Assembly (NCBI GenBank): GCA_965223665.1
Contig: OZ245011.1
Span: forward strand, 3,296,001-3,360,000
Source of the DNA: Nitrospinaceae bacterium
Lineage (GTDB): Bacteria > Nitrospinota > Nitrospinia > Nitrospinales > Nitrospinaceae
Direction of reading: 5' to 3'
DNA length: 64,000 nucleotides
Position numbers and translations under genes: made by a program. Numbering within the stretch: position 1 is the first letter of the stretch; every line of letters begins with the position of its first letter. Positions 11,122 through 21,816 of this stretch are shown piece by piece. A model generated the notes under the pieces. The model ran no database searches. It was not told where the DNA came from and saw only the letters and a program-made list of their open reading frames with translations.

Positions 11122-11892
11122 TTAATGACCTGAATGCATGGTGCTAATTTTCTTTCTTTGGTCATCGGTTAACAATTTTAATAAGCTGATTTTTGCCTCA
11201 ATCATCGTACGAATTTTTTCTGTCTTAATTTTAACGATCTTTTCTCCAACACTTCTAATTTGAGATTCGTCAACATTACCTGAATGAACCAATCTGTCTA
11301 ATTCCATATGAGCAATAGTATGATCTGCTCGGAGTTGGATATTCGTCTTGGCAAAGGAAAATTTCATTTCTTTAATTTTTTCGATTTGATCTTCATTTAA
11401 TCCCAGTTTCTTGGAAAACTTTAAAATATGGCTGAAGGGATTAGTTTTACCATGACTTCTATGATGACCCCCATGGCCACTGTGCTTTCCATGACTGCCT
11501 CCTTTATAGCCGTGTCCTCCATAGCCATGTTTTTTTGCGCCGTGTTTTGAATAACTGCCTGAGGGTTTGCCATGCCCTGGTTTATGAGGATATCCCTTAC
11601 TTCCATGGGAGTAACCATGCGGGCTGTGATGGCCGGATTTATATCCTTTCCCGGTTTTATATTTTGATCCTTCCTTCTTTTTTATATCTGGATGCTTTGG
11701 TGGTTTGCCTTTGCTTCCCTCTTTCATTTTCATTCCGAGGGAAGACGGAGATTTCCCGGGTTCTTCAAGGGAAGGGTGAACATAACTCCCTGAGGTTTCT
11801 GCAAAAATAGAAACCGGGGTAACTGTTAGCCAGGTAATAGCACTTATTAAAGACAAGATGAGGAATAGTTTCTTTTTATGGGTAATTTTCAT
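11122..11892 (-). CDS. Exported His/Gly-rich protein with C-terminal Spy/CpxP-like (heavy-metal sensor-like) domain
   Basis: Signal peptide, His-rich low-complexity tract, LGLNEDQIEKI and LLTDDQRKK (LTxxQ) motifs; AAGGAA RBS before ATG 11892. Confidence 0.75.
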   Translation of the reverse strand: MKITHKKKLFLILSLISAITWLTVTPVSIFAETSGSYVHPSLEEPGKSPSSLGMKMKEGSKGKPPKHPDIKKKEGSKYKTGKGYKSGHHSPHGYSHGSKGYPHKPGHGKPSGSYSKHGAKKHGYGGHGYKGGSHGKHSGHGGHHRSHGKTNPFSHILKFSKKLGLNEDQIEKIKEMKFSFAKTNIQLRADHTIAHMELDRLVHSGNVDESQIRSVGEKIVKIKTEKIRTMIEAKISLLKLLTDDQRKKISTMHSGH

Positions 11893-12007
11893 AATGATTT
11901 CCTTTTCTAATAAATCCCTCATATGGCTGCTTTAATAAGTTTGGAGTTCGGTTTAAGAGCCTAATAAGGGGATATCCGGTTTGAAATTCAAAAATTCATT
12001 TGAAAAC

Positions 12008-12084
<77 letters not shown>

Positions 12085-12441
12085 ATGTTTATTTATCAAT
12101 CAGTTATAAATAATATATCGTTTATTTTATAAATGACTCTTAGGTAAGAATTTGAAATATTTTTTTAAAGGATATCAAAAATTTTGTTTAAACAATATAT
12201 CAAAATTTAAAAGTCTTTTCCCAAAAAAACCTGGTAACGGAAAATAAAAATATTTGGAAATGAGTGGAAGGATATTGTTTTTTTTCAATAAACAAAAATA
12301 TAAATGGGGTGGCAAAAAATCATTTTTATTCTTTGGCTTTGATCTCAATCATTAACTGTTATTTAGTCATGTTTTTAATAAAAACAGGTTTTTAGAATTT
12401 TGATAATACTATTTTGAAATCCGCTTTAGTAATTTATCCAT

Positions 12442-14097
12442 TTAATCTCTGACGGCTTTTCTATATAAATAACCGCCTGCAAAAATAAGGGCACCCATGA
12501 TCAATAAAGAAAGTACTTGTTGTCCCCCTCTGAGTTCAGAAAAATCCAAAATGAGAAAACGACCAAGTCCGATTAAAATGAGAGGAATTGCTCCCTTAGC
12601 CATATCTTTATCTTTTGTTGTTTTAGCCCAAAATAGTATTCCAAAAGCGTAAGCAATCCAAAGTGGAGCGATGGCAAAATACCCGATTAACTTTTTCAAT
12701 CTAAAAAGTGTGACAAATACCTGAGCGTGTCCTAAGGATAAAGTTAGGTTGGACATCGACCCCCTTATCTTATTAGACAAAATTAGAAAGATTGCTCCAA
12801 ATATTGCACCAAAAATCAATAGAAATTCAAAGTTGACTTGGCTTACACCAAAAAAGACGGTGAGATAGCTATAAAGAAGTATTAAACCCGAAACTACAAT
12901 CAGGCCAATAAAATTTTTATTGTCGATTATTTTTTTGTGAATTATTCCGAAGAGAAGTGTTAGCCCAAAAGAAAAAATGACCCGGGCAAAATCATTCATT
13001 TGGACAATAAATATTGAGTGAGCAAAAATTAAACTACAAGTCGTATAGACAACCCCTCCACTATCAAGTTCTTTTTGTTGCAATTTTCTTTGAGCTAATG
13101 AATAAATTGATAAAAAGAATACTGCAAAACCGATCGAAAAAAGAGTTGCCCAGTTCTCAGATATTTGGTCTAAGAAATAGTACTCTTGACCGTAGAAAAA
13201 AATAATCACAGGGAAAAATGCCCAAGCTTCTTTTTCTGTAAGACGTAATTTGTTTTTTAAAGAAAATAGTAGAGTTCCTATAGCGAATATAGTTAACTGA
13301 ATACCTTGAATTATAATTATTTTTGAATTTAAATCCGGATCGTTTATCTCTTTTACCATTCCAAAAAAAGCGACCAGTCCGAGAGCAAGATAAGACGAAA
13401 CAGCAATTATGAGTCTTTTTTTCAAATTTATGGAAAATAAGGAAAAAGCAATATCCCAAACTATTAAATACAGTCCCATAAGAGAAAGCTGAGAAAAAGA
13501 TTTATGAAAGAAAAAAGCTCCTAGATAGGTTCCAAAGATTGCAAGGACCGCGTAGGTTTCCTCCTCTAATTTCGTTAGCAACCACAGGGATAATAAACCA
13601 ATAATAGAAACAGACAATAATCCCAATGTGGGATCCAGGAGTTTGTGGTAAAAAACAGCTCCATAGATTGTTAAATGTAGAATGGTGATTCCAAGGGCGG
13701 GTAACAGGCTGGTGTAGCTTTTTTCTTTTAGCAAAGTGAAAAATGGGAGTGCAACCAGTCCACCTGCAAATATGGAAGCTAATATGCATTGTCTAATGGG
13801 AGTTAACCAACCACTATCTATAGAAAGTTTAATGAGTAATATAGAAGCTAAAAGGATACAGGCAGAGCCAACATATCCCAAAAAATGACTTTCCTTTTTT
13901 GAGGATGTTGGATGGGTTTGGAAAACAGGTTTTACTTGGGTATTGAACTTCATGCTCGGTTTAGGTTTTTCTATAGCGGAAGATTTTTCTGGGATATTTG
14001 ATTTGGGAAATTCCACTTTTGTCTTTTCAAGGGTGTCGATTCGTTTTTCAAGCTTTTTTAAACGATTTAGTATTTCATTTAGTACTTTGGAGCTCAT
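12442..14097 (-). CDS. DUF2339-like polytopic membrane protein
   Basis: N-terminal coiled coil, E..LG.VG and GWLTP motifs, many transmembrane helices. Confidence 0.7.
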   Translation of the reverse strand: MSSKVLNEILNRLKKLEKRIDTLEKTKVEFPKSNIPEKSSAIEKPKPSMKFNTQVKPVFQTHPTSSKKESHFLGYVGSACILLASILLIKLSIDSGWLTPIRQCILASIFAGGLVALPFFTLLKEKSYTSLLPALGITILHLTIYGAVFYHKLLDPTLGLLSVSIIGLLSLWLLTKLEEETYAVLAIFGTYLGAFFFHKSFSQLSLMGLYLIVWDIAFSLFSINLKKRLIIAVSSYLALGLVAFFGMVKEINDPDLNSKIIIIQGIQLTIFAIGTLLFSLKNKLRLTEKEAWAFFPVIIFFYGQEYYFLDQISENWATLFSIGFAVFFLSIYSLAQRKLQQKELDSGGVVYTTCSLIFAHSIFIVQMNDFARVIFSFGLTLLFGIIHKKIIDNKNFIGLIVVSGLILLYSYLTVFFGVSQVNFEFLLIFGAIFGAIFLILSNKIRGSMSNLTLSLGHAQVFVTLFRLKKLIGYFAIAPLWIAYAFGILFWAKTTKDKDMAKGAIPLILIGLGRFLILDFSELRGGQQVLSLLIMGALIFAGGYLYRKAVRD

Positions 14098-14360
14098 TCT
14101 TATTCCTCTATGTATTTAAAAAATCTTAAACGGAAAAACCAATTGCGCTACTTCATTAAAATCGCTTTTACAGTAATAGTATTAAGTCTCTTAACGGTAA
14201 GGAAAGGAAACTACTGAAATGGATTGAATTTAGAATTATTTGCTTATTTTGGAGTTTACCAAATTTCTAAAATACCCCTAGTTTCTCTAGAGGTGGAATT
14301 TTTAATGAAAAACCTGAAAAGTAAGGGGGGCTATAACGGAGATATCAAGAAAATGAAATT

Positions 14361-14437
14361 TGGGGTGAGCGACGGGATTTGAACCCGCGACCGCTGGAGC
14401 CACAATCCAGAGCTCTACCAACTGAGCTACGCCCACC
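14361..14437 (-). tRNA. tRNA-His(GUG)
   Basis: G(-1)GTGGGCGTAGCTCAGTTGGTAGAGCTCTGGATT-GTG-GCTCCAGCGGTCGCGGGTTCAAATCCCGTCGCTCACCCCA. Confidence 0.96.
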
Positions 14438-14549
14438 GTTATATTGGTTAAGCGTTGCAGTTTAAACTATCTGGGGATGATTTGTAAAAGAAAATATTAT
14501 TGCCCTCATTACTATTAGCCCAAGCTCAAAAGAGTTTCTTTTATTAAGT

Positions 14550-15008
14550 TTACTTTATGACCCGTAAGTGGCTTCGGTCACGTTTGGGTTTGTTGGAAGC
14601 CCCAGAAGACTCTGTGGTTTTAGGGGAGGTTTGGGCCGCTTTTGGGGTGGTCTGGGTTGTTTGTTTAGTTTTTTGTAAATGTTCAATTAGATCGATATCC
14701 TGAGGGACACTTTCTTCCCATACTTGGCCTTTTTGAGTGGAGGGCTCATAAATAGCCCAAATAGCTTCAAAAGGAATAATGCACTTATGAGGTCTACCAG
14801 CAAAGGATAGGGTGGCATAAATTCCTTCTTCATCTATTTCGATGGGCCGTCTAAAATTCAAATTAAAAATCAAATTCAAGATAGGGTTATTCTTGTGAGA
14901 TTTGGGTACGTCCACCATCGAATTTCGAGCATCCAGGCAAACCATTGCGTCTCCTTGACCCAGTAATAGATGGAGAAAATCGTATTTTTCTTTTTTTATA
15001 TCACTCAT
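14550..15008 (-). CDS. sspB: SspB-like ClpXP adaptor
   Basis: ATLSFAGRPHKCIIPFEAIWAIY core and C-terminal RSHLRVIK ClpX-binding tail. Confidence 0.8.
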   Translation of the reverse strand: MSDIKKEKYDFLHLLLGQGDAMVCLDARNSMVDVPKSHKNNPILNLIFNLNFRRPIEIDEEGIYATLSFAGRPHKCIIPFEAIWAIYEPSTQKGQVWEESVPQDIDLIEHLQKTKQTTQTTPKAAQTSPKTTESSGASNKPKRDRSHLRVIK

Positions 15009-15388
15009 ATCAATACCTTAACATAAAACAGTGGCTCCTAAAAGCCATTCAATGTTAACATGCACAGCATTTCCTCTAGTTAAAAAAGATTGATATTTAT
15101 TTCCATTATTTGAAATAAATGGTTAAGGGGATTTAGGTTTTTTTATTTTAACCAGAATTTTCTATGAAAAAACTTCTCTCTATTTAAAGGGTATCGGGAT
15201 AAACTTTGTTGCATCTTTTATGGGTTGGAATTTTTCGGAGAAGATAGATTTTATTGGACCGGATGTGCATTTGTTAGCCAATAAGTAGAAAAACTTGGAA
15301 AGTAAAATCTTCCCTGCTGTACAAACCAACAAATAATATTTTTACGGGATTAAGATCCTCTTAAATGATTAAGGATGGGTGAAAAAGT

Positions 15389-16261
15389 ATGAGCAAAACA
15401 GGAATTTTAAATTGGGGTATTTTTCTTGGGATTTTATTAATCTTTGCCTCGGCTGAAGCGCAAGATGTGCGTACGCGGGAAGTTTTACCAAACATCTATA
15501 CAGTGGTTTCATCTTCCACTGAATCAGCTAATTCTACTTTTATTGTTACTAAGGAAGGCGTGATTATTATCGACCCAAGTAAAGTTAAAGGGGATTCAAA
15601 AGGACTTAAGGCTCGAATTCAAGAAATCACCCAACAACCTGCAGTTTATTTAATGAACTCCCATTTTCATACAGAAAATCTTTCAGGAAATTCGGAATTT
15701 CCCGATACGAAAATCATTGTTGCGCATTCTAAAACACAAAAAACCTTATTAAATCTATTAGCAGCCAAGAAAATTGAAGCGCGTGTTCCTAATGTTATAT
15801 TTCAAACCGGTATGGAAGTGGCCTTGGGTGGGTATCAGTTACAACTGAAACACCACGGGCCTGGGCATACTCAAGGGGATTTTTATGTTTATTTGCCTTC
15901 CTGGAGGATAATCATCACTGGAGGGTTAGTTTATAATGAAATTATTCCAGATTTAAAAGATGCTTATATTGATTTATGGATTGACACCCTGATTGAAATG
16001 GAAGATTTAGATGCTGAGATTATTGTGCCGGGCCATGGAAAACCAGGAAATAAACCCCTGGTAACTCAAACGAAACATTACTTGATGCGACTTCGCGATT
16101 GGGTTAAAGAAGGATTAGATAAGGGATTGAAATTACCTAAAATTATTGAAACAACAAAACAAAATATTCAAAAAAAATATGGAGATTGGGCGAATCAAGA
16201 CCGCATTGAAGACAATATTATTCGCGCATTTTTGGAATACAGTGCGAAAAAAGGGACATAA
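15389..16261 (+). CDS. Exported MBL-fold metallo-hydrolase (cyclase-like) with degenerate metal motif
   Basis: Signal peptide; SHFHTEN, GPGHTQGD, VPGHG motifs. Confidence 0.8.
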   Translation: MSKTGILNWGIFLGILLIFASAEAQDVRTREVLPNIYTVVSSSTESANSTFIVTKEGVIIIDPSKVKGDSKGLKARIQEITQQPAVYLMNSHFHTENLSGNSEFPDTKIIVAHSKTQKTLLNLLAAKKIEARVPNVIFQTGMEVALGGYQLQLKHHGPGHTQGDFYVYLPSWRIIITGGLVYNEIIPDLKDAYIDLWIDTLIEMEDLDAEIIVPGHGKPGNKPLVTQTKHYLMRLRDWVKEGLDKGLKLPKIIETTKQNIQKKYGDWANQDRIEDNIIRAFLEYSAKKGT

Positions 16262-16314
16262 TCTAAAACTATAGAAACATAGAAATCAATTAGGTTTAAG
16301 CACTCTAAATTATT

Positions 16315-18111
16315 TTAAAATTCAACTCCCTTTTCTGTCCAGTAATCTCTTAGGTTAGTGTCTTGGTTTAAGATCGTATCCAGGTAAGTGTGTCCACCCG
16401 GGATCATAGGAATTACATGTCCGTGGCTCTTGTCATTGTAGGGGTATTTAACGTCTAAAACATAAGGACCTTTGTGTTTTAGCATTCTTTTAAGTGCAGG
16501 GACTACTTCCTCTGGCTTACTAATGCTTTCTCCCTTTATGCCAAATGCATCGGCAATTTCGGAAAAATTGGCATCTCCAATAAAAGTATGGCCTCGTAAG
16601 GATTTATAAAATCGATCTTCCCATTGAGCAACCATCCCCAAATGCGCGTTATTGAGAACAACATTTTTGACTGGGATGTTTTCTATCTTTAAGGTTTGTA
16701 ATTCTTGAATGTTCATCAAAAAAGAACCATCTCCTTCAAAATTAATAACCTGTCGATCTGGAAAGGCGACTTGGGCACCCATTGCTGCAGGAAGTCCGTA
16801 ACCCATAGATCCTAATCCGGAAGAGCAAAGCCAGGTTCGGGGTGTATGAAACCGCCAAAACTGTGCTGCCCACATTTGATGCTGTCCGACCCCAACCGAG
16901 ACGATGGAATCCTTTTCAGCAAGTTTTTGTAATTCAGAGATTACATGTTGAGGAACAATAGCTTTTTCGTTTAATTGATAGGTCAAGGGAAACTCTTTTT
17001 TCCATTTTTGAGTTTGTTTCACCCAAGGTCCAATATTTTCCTGGGGAACTACCAATTCGTTCATCATTTTCAGGGCTTGTTTGACATCCCCCTGAATAGG
17101 TACATCAATGGCGATATTTTTATTGATTTCCGAAGGGTCGATGTCAACATGGATGAATTTAGCTCCTTTACAAAATTCAGAGAGCTTGCCTGTTACACGG
17201 TCATCAAACCTTACCCCCAGGGCAATAACCAAATCCGCTTGATTAATTGCAATATTTGCGTAAACGGCACCATGCATTCCTAACATATGCAAGGACAGGG
17301 GATCATCCATAGGAAAAGATCCCAATCCCATGACGGTATTGGTAATAGGAATACCGGTTTTCTTTACAAACTTTCTCAACTCGTCCGAGGCTTCGGCAGC
17401 CAAAATCCCTCCACCAGCATAAATTACCGGCCGCTTGGCTTCTTTAATAAAATGCATAGCCTTTTTAATTTGCTGGTTTGATGGTTTCAGGTTGGGTTTA
17501 TAGCCAGGGATATTTAAAGAAACGTTAAAGTTGGGTATTGTTTCTTGCTGTTGAATATTCTTAGGGATATCAATTAAAACAGGTCCCGGTCGTCCTGTGC
17601 TTGCAACATGGAAAGCTTCCTTCACCACTCGGGGAATATCGTTAATATCCTGGACTAAATAACTATGCTTAACCAAAGGAAATGTTGCACCAACCACGTC
17701 GGCTTCCTGAAAGGCATCACTTCCCATAACAGCGGTGGGTACTTGACCCGTAATGGCTATAATAGGAATCGAATCTAATTTTGCATCCATAATTCCTGTA
17801 AGTAAATTTGTTGCTCCCGGACCCGAGGTTGCTAGACAAACTCCTGGCCGACCGGTAGCTCGCGCATATCCACCTGCTGCAAAAGATCCCCCTTGTTCGT
17901 GCCTAGGTAATACGTGCCTGATTTTTTTACTTAAAGTGAGTGCTTGATGAATTTCCATTGAAGCACCACCAGGATATCCAAAGATAGTATCTACGCCTTC
18001 ATTTTCCAAACTTTGGACTAGAATTTCCCGTCCTTTCATAGGTTTTTGTGAAGACTTTTTGGCTTTATCAATACTGATTATTTTCTTTGCAGTGGTTTGC
18101 TTGCGGGACAT
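16315..18111 (-). CDS. ilvB: Acetolactate synthase large subunit
   Basis: FGYPGG, RHEQG, TSGPGATN, RFDDRVTG, GDGSFLMNIQEL TPP motif. Confidence 0.95.
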   Translation of the reverse strand: MSRKQTTAKKIISIDKAKKSSQKPMKGREILVQSLENEGVDTIFGYPGGASMEIHQALTLSKKIRHVLPRHEQGGSFAAGGYARATGRPGVCLATSGPGATNLLTGIMDAKLDSIPIIAITGQVPTAVMGSDAFQEADVVGATFPLVKHSYLVQDINDIPRVVKEAFHVASTGRPGPVLIDIPKNIQQQETIPNFNVSLNIPGYKPNLKPSNQQIKKAMHFIKEAKRPVIYAGGGILAAEASDELRKFVKKTGIPITNTVMGLGSFPMDDPLSLHMLGMHGAVYANIAINQADLVIALGVRFDDRVTGKLSEFCKGAKFIHVDIDPSEINKNIAIDVPIQGDVKQALKMMNELVVPQENIGPWVKQTQKWKKEFPLTYQLNEKAIVPQHVISELQKLAEKDSIVSVGVGQHQMWAAQFWRFHTPRTWLCSSGLGSMGYGLPAAMGAQVAFPDRQVINFEGDGSFLMNIQELQTLKIENIPVKNVVLNNAHLGMVAQWEDRFYKSLRGHTFIGDANFSEIADAFGIKGESISKPEEVVPALKRMLKHKGPYVLDVKYPYNDKSHGHVIPMIPGGHTYLDTILNQDTNLRDYWTEKGVEF

Positions 18112-18314
18112 GATTTGGATGCTATTTAAAGGGTTATTAAAAAAACATATATTATATACCTGGGGATGTCAAACGGAAAGCTTTATACCCATTTACAAGT
18201 TTAATAATTACGATTTTGATAATAGGTTGAGAAAACTTCTTATGGATTTATCAGGGCAGGACATTAATCCTAGAACTTTTATATCCCCAATTTTAGCTTC
18301 AAAGCGGGTGAAAA

Positions 18315-18932
18315 TTATTTTTCGATTTTTATGCTTTTTAGAATTTGTCGAAAGTAATTTTCTGAAACATCTGGACCTTCACCAGGGCTGGACATGCTTA
18401 TTAGAAACATATATGCCCCACGTGGAACAATCCACATTCGAGACAGAGTGGGAAACTGTTGCCCCTCTTGGTTTGCCACAGTGTACCGGGCTTTCATATA
18501 AGCGGCCGGGAGACCACTGATTTGGGTCTCTTGGACTTCATGGATTAGATGAAAATCAGAAAAAGCACGTTCCATAGCCTTAACAGAAAAATTAAGGACA
18601 TTTTTTGCGGGCATTCCTTGAAGAGGGCCTAAGGGTCTAAGAATTACTTGAACGCTGGGATTGAGACTTTCGTGTGGCTCAGGGTACCTGGTAAAAGCCA
18701 CTAAGGGAGCATTTGCTTGTTTTTGCATAAGCTCTTGTAATTTTTGATCCTCTAACTGGACCCGGGCTCTATTAGCTTCAATAGCCTGAGTTGAAATGAA
18801 ACTCCATTCTGAGGGTTTAGTGATAGAAAACCCTGAGGTGGGATTGAAAAAGACATTGCTATCCTCCTTTGCAAACAGCAAAGAAGCTGGAAAACAAATA
18901 AAACAAATGAGCAAAATTGAGATTCGCTGCAT
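18315..18932 (-). CDS. Exported hypothetical protein (PsbP/DcrB-like fold possible)
   Basis: Signal peptide; GFSITKPSEW, ISGLPA, F..ILKSIKI pattern. Confidence 0.55.
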   Translation of the reverse strand: MQRISILLICFICFPASLLFAKEDSNVFFNPTSGFSITKPSEWSFISTQAIEANRARVQLEDQKLQELMQKQANAPLVAFTRYPEPHESLNPSVQVILRPLGPLQGMPAKNVLNFSVKAMERAFSDFHLIHEVQETQISGLPAAYMKARYTVANQEGQQFPTLSRMWIVPRGAYMFLISMSSPGEGPDVSENYFRQILKSIKIEK

Positions 18933-19236
18933 ATCATTTTCTCCATAAAAAGCGGAGCAGCAAATATGGAACCCCCGACCAGTCCATAGCTGGGGAAAAG
19001 CCTAATCCATAAAATTACATTGAATAAAAATATAAATCAAATAGAATCTCATCTAAAAATGAAAAAAGTATCTTAAGAGTAAGGAAATCAATAGAAATAA
19101 ATTTAGATATATTTTCGGCGTTGGTTATTATTGGATTTCTACATTCGAAATTAATGTTTTGATTGTTGAAGGATGAAATGGCTGGAAATTACGTTGAAAA
19201 AAGAAATTATTGGAAAAAAATTTTTTGTGAAATTAT

Positions 19237-20844
19237 TTATAAAAACTTTTGTATTGTCCGATGGAATTCATCCATATTAATTGGTTTTGTTAGATAGGCA
19301 TCGAAACCTGATTCTAGTGCCTGTTGTATATTTTCTTCCATCGCAAATGCGCTGCAAGCAATGACTGGAATTTTTTGAGTCTCCTTTTGTTGTTTTAATA
19401 TTTTTAGTGCAGAAAAGCCATCTAATTCCTCAAGATCTAAATCCATGATTATTAAATTCGGTTGTAATTTTTTGGCTAATTCAATTCCTTTATAAGCATT
19501 CAGTGACGAATGAAAGCTTATATTAGGATGCTCTGAAAGTATTCTTTCGACGAGTCGAATATTTGATAAATTATCTTCAATGTAAAGTACATGTTTGGCT
19601 TTTTTTACGATGGGGTGACCAGTTTCAATTTTTTCTTTTAATAGATATTCTTTTGAATCTAAAACAGGTGTTTTTTTATCGCCAGGCAATTCAATGGTAA
19701 AGCAACTTCCTGCACCTAATTTGCTTTCAACCATTATTTTCCCATTCATTATTTCTAATAGTTTTTTAGTGACCGACAACCCAATGCCCGAGCCTTCGAT
19801 TTCTCTTTCACTATTTCTCAATCGAGTGAAAGGTTCGAAAATGTGATGGATTTTTTCAGGTTGGATTCCCACCCCCGTGTCCTTAACGTGTAGTTTGACC
19901 AATTGATTCTCTACAAGTACCGCTTCAACAGTCACACTACCTCCTTTAATGTTGTACTTAATTCCATTGGAAATCAAATTGAGTAAAACCTGTTTTAAGC
20001 GGACTCTGTCAGCTAAAACTACAATTTCATCTTTCAAGATCTGATCAATAAGTTGGATTTCATTTTTTTCCGCTAAAGGGGACATCATCCCCAGAATACT
20101 CTTTAGGAAATGGTTAATTTCGATTCTTTCAATTTTTAAGTCATAGTTTCCTGCCTCAATACGGGCAAGGTCCAAAGATTCATTTATTAAATCAAGTAGA
20201 TGATTTCCACTTTGTATGATTTGATCAACAGATTCATTCAGTTGATTATCTGATCGGATTTTAGGATCTTTATCTAGTAACTGAGCAAACCCAAGAATAG
20301 CATTCATGGGAGTCCGCAATTCATGGCTCATCCTAAAAAGAAATTGAGATTTAGCCAAGCTTGCTTTTTCTGCAGCTTCTTTAGCCTTCAGCAAGTCATC
20401 TTTTAGCTTCTGGAGATGAAATGTTTTCTCTTCTACACGAAGTTCAAGATTATCCTTATAATCCTTCAATTCTTGTTCCATTTTTTTTCGACTGGTAATG
20501 TCGGTAGAAATTCCTCCAATTCCAAAAATTTTTCCTTCTTGATTGTGGACAGGAAATTTTACTGAGATATAAGTATGCATTCCATCTTTATGAGGGGCCG
20601 TTTCTTCTATCTCCATTACCTTTCCAGATTTTAAAACCAGGTGGTCGTTTTTCATGAATTTTTCTGCAAAGTCTAATGGGAAAAGATCTAAATCTGTCTT
20701 CCCTTTCACTTCATCATTTTTAACAGAAAATAATTTTTCATATTGTTTATTGATCAAAATGTATTTTCCCTCTAAATCTTTTATATAAATTACTGCGGAC
20801 GTATGATCAGCAAGTGTTTTTAGAAGGTCTTCGTAAAGTTTCAT
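19237..20844 (-). CDS. Cytoplasmic PAS hybrid histidine kinase with receiver domain
   Basis: PAS domain, MSHELRTPMN H-box, N/G1/F/G2 boxes, C-terminal REC (IEDN, IIMD, KP). Confidence 0.92.
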   Translation of the reverse strand: MKLYEDLLKTLADHTSAVIYIKDLEGKYILINKQYEKLFSVKNDEVKGKTDLDLFPLDFAEKFMKNDHLVLKSGKVMEIEETAPHKDGMHTYISVKFPVHNQEGKIFGIGGISTDITSRKKMEQELKDYKDNLELRVEEKTFHLQKLKDDLLKAKEAAEKASLAKSQFLFRMSHELRTPMNAILGFAQLLDKDPKIRSDNQLNESVDQIIQSGNHLLDLINESLDLARIEAGNYDLKIERIEINHFLKSILGMMSPLAEKNEIQLIDQILKDEIVVLADRVRLKQVLLNLISNGIKYNIKGGSVTVEAVLVENQLVKLHVKDTGVGIQPEKIHHIFEPFTRLRNSEREIEGSGIGLSVTKKLLEIMNGKIMVESKLGAGSCFTIELPGDKKTPVLDSKEYLLKEKIETGHPIVKKAKHVLYIEDNLSNIRLVERILSEHPNISFHSSLNAYKGIELAKKLQPNLIIMDLDLEELDGFSALKILKQQKETQKIPVIACSAFAMEENIQQALESGFDAYLTKPINMDEFHRTIQKFL

Positions 20845-21064
20845 GAAAAAATTGTTAAGTAAATTTTTGTTGAAATGGAGGTTAGTTGTTTAAAAGAATA
20901 TTGTAAAACAAAAAAGCTTTTGTTTTTTGATTAGGATAAAATTTTTCAATCTAATTAGGGAAATACCGCTTTACCTTTTTACCTTTTTTTGATGATTTAA
21001 GTAGGAAGGATAAAAATGAATCATTCAGGACGAGATTGGTTCGGGTTAAGGATAAAATTCTAAT

Positions 21065-21586
21065 TCATTTTCTATCCCCCGTCGCCGGAGCAATTATATT
21101 TTGATTAGACAAAATCCACTGATATTGTTCTTTGGTATCCGGTACTGTCACGCCTCTTTTTAAAGAAATGTGAGAAAATGCTTTGTCTACATTAAACCCG
21201 TAATGAATTAGAATAGCTGCTGCTACCATGCCAGCACGGCCAATACCTGCACGACAGTGAATCAAAGTATTTTTCCCACTTAAAATTTGCTGAAAAAGAG
21301 TTTTTGTAAAGTTTCCAAATTTTTCCACTGAATTTGGTAAGCCTCTATCTTGAATGGGAAAAGATAAAAAATGCATTTCGTATTTCTCAGTTAAACCTTT
21401 TTCTTTTTGCAGACCAACTTCAAATTCTTCACTGGGTTCAAGTAGAGAAACTATTTGATTAATGTTTTCATTGGCAATATTTGCAAATTCTTCTTCAATC
21501 CAATCTCCGGCAGTGGGTTTAGCCATTATGGCCATAAAACCTTTTCCGATGTTTTCAATTCTATAAATGTTAGGTTTAAATGGCAT
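21065..21586 (-). CDS. Dual-specificity/protein-tyrosine phosphatase family protein
   Basis: HCRAGIGR (CX5R) catalytic loop, FPIQD acid loop. Confidence 0.88.
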   Translation of the reverse strand: MPFKPNIYRIENIGKGFMAIMAKPTAGDWIEEEFANIANENINQIVSLLEPSEEFEVGLQKEKGLTEKYEMHFLSFPIQDRGLPNSVEKFGNFTKTLFQQILSGKNTLIHCRAGIGRAGMVAAAILIHYGFNVDKAFSHISLKRGVTVPDTKEQYQWILSNQNIIAPATGDRK

Positions 21587-21816
21587 AAGAGAATTATTAC
21601 AAGATAAATGGTAAATAAAGAGATTTTAAAGGCAGGAAAATTTGACTTTAATAGGAAATATTTTGTTGAGAAGGCCAGAGCCCCCAGATCAAGAACCCCT
21701 TCAAAACCCTGAAGACTAAGGCCCCTTCCCAATAAAATAAACCCCATAACTATTTTTGTAGTATAGAGGATATATATAATTTACATTGATTTTCCTAATA
21801 AATCAAATAGAAAATT

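Noticed and set aside
12305-14367. Genomic islet integrated at tRNA-His (TGGGGTG repeated at 12305 and 14361)
   Set aside because: A 7-bp match is expected by chance, and no integrase is present.
18059-18520. 153-aa plus-strand ORF, and similar shadow ORFs such as 1369-1962, 32665-33033 and 58899-59303
   Set aside because: They overlap well-supported genes on the opposite strand and show no protein motifs.
21526-21747. 73-aa ORF upstream of the phosphatase
   Set aside because: Overlaps the phosphatase start, has no RBS or recognisable motif, and is explained by the G-rich hairpin.
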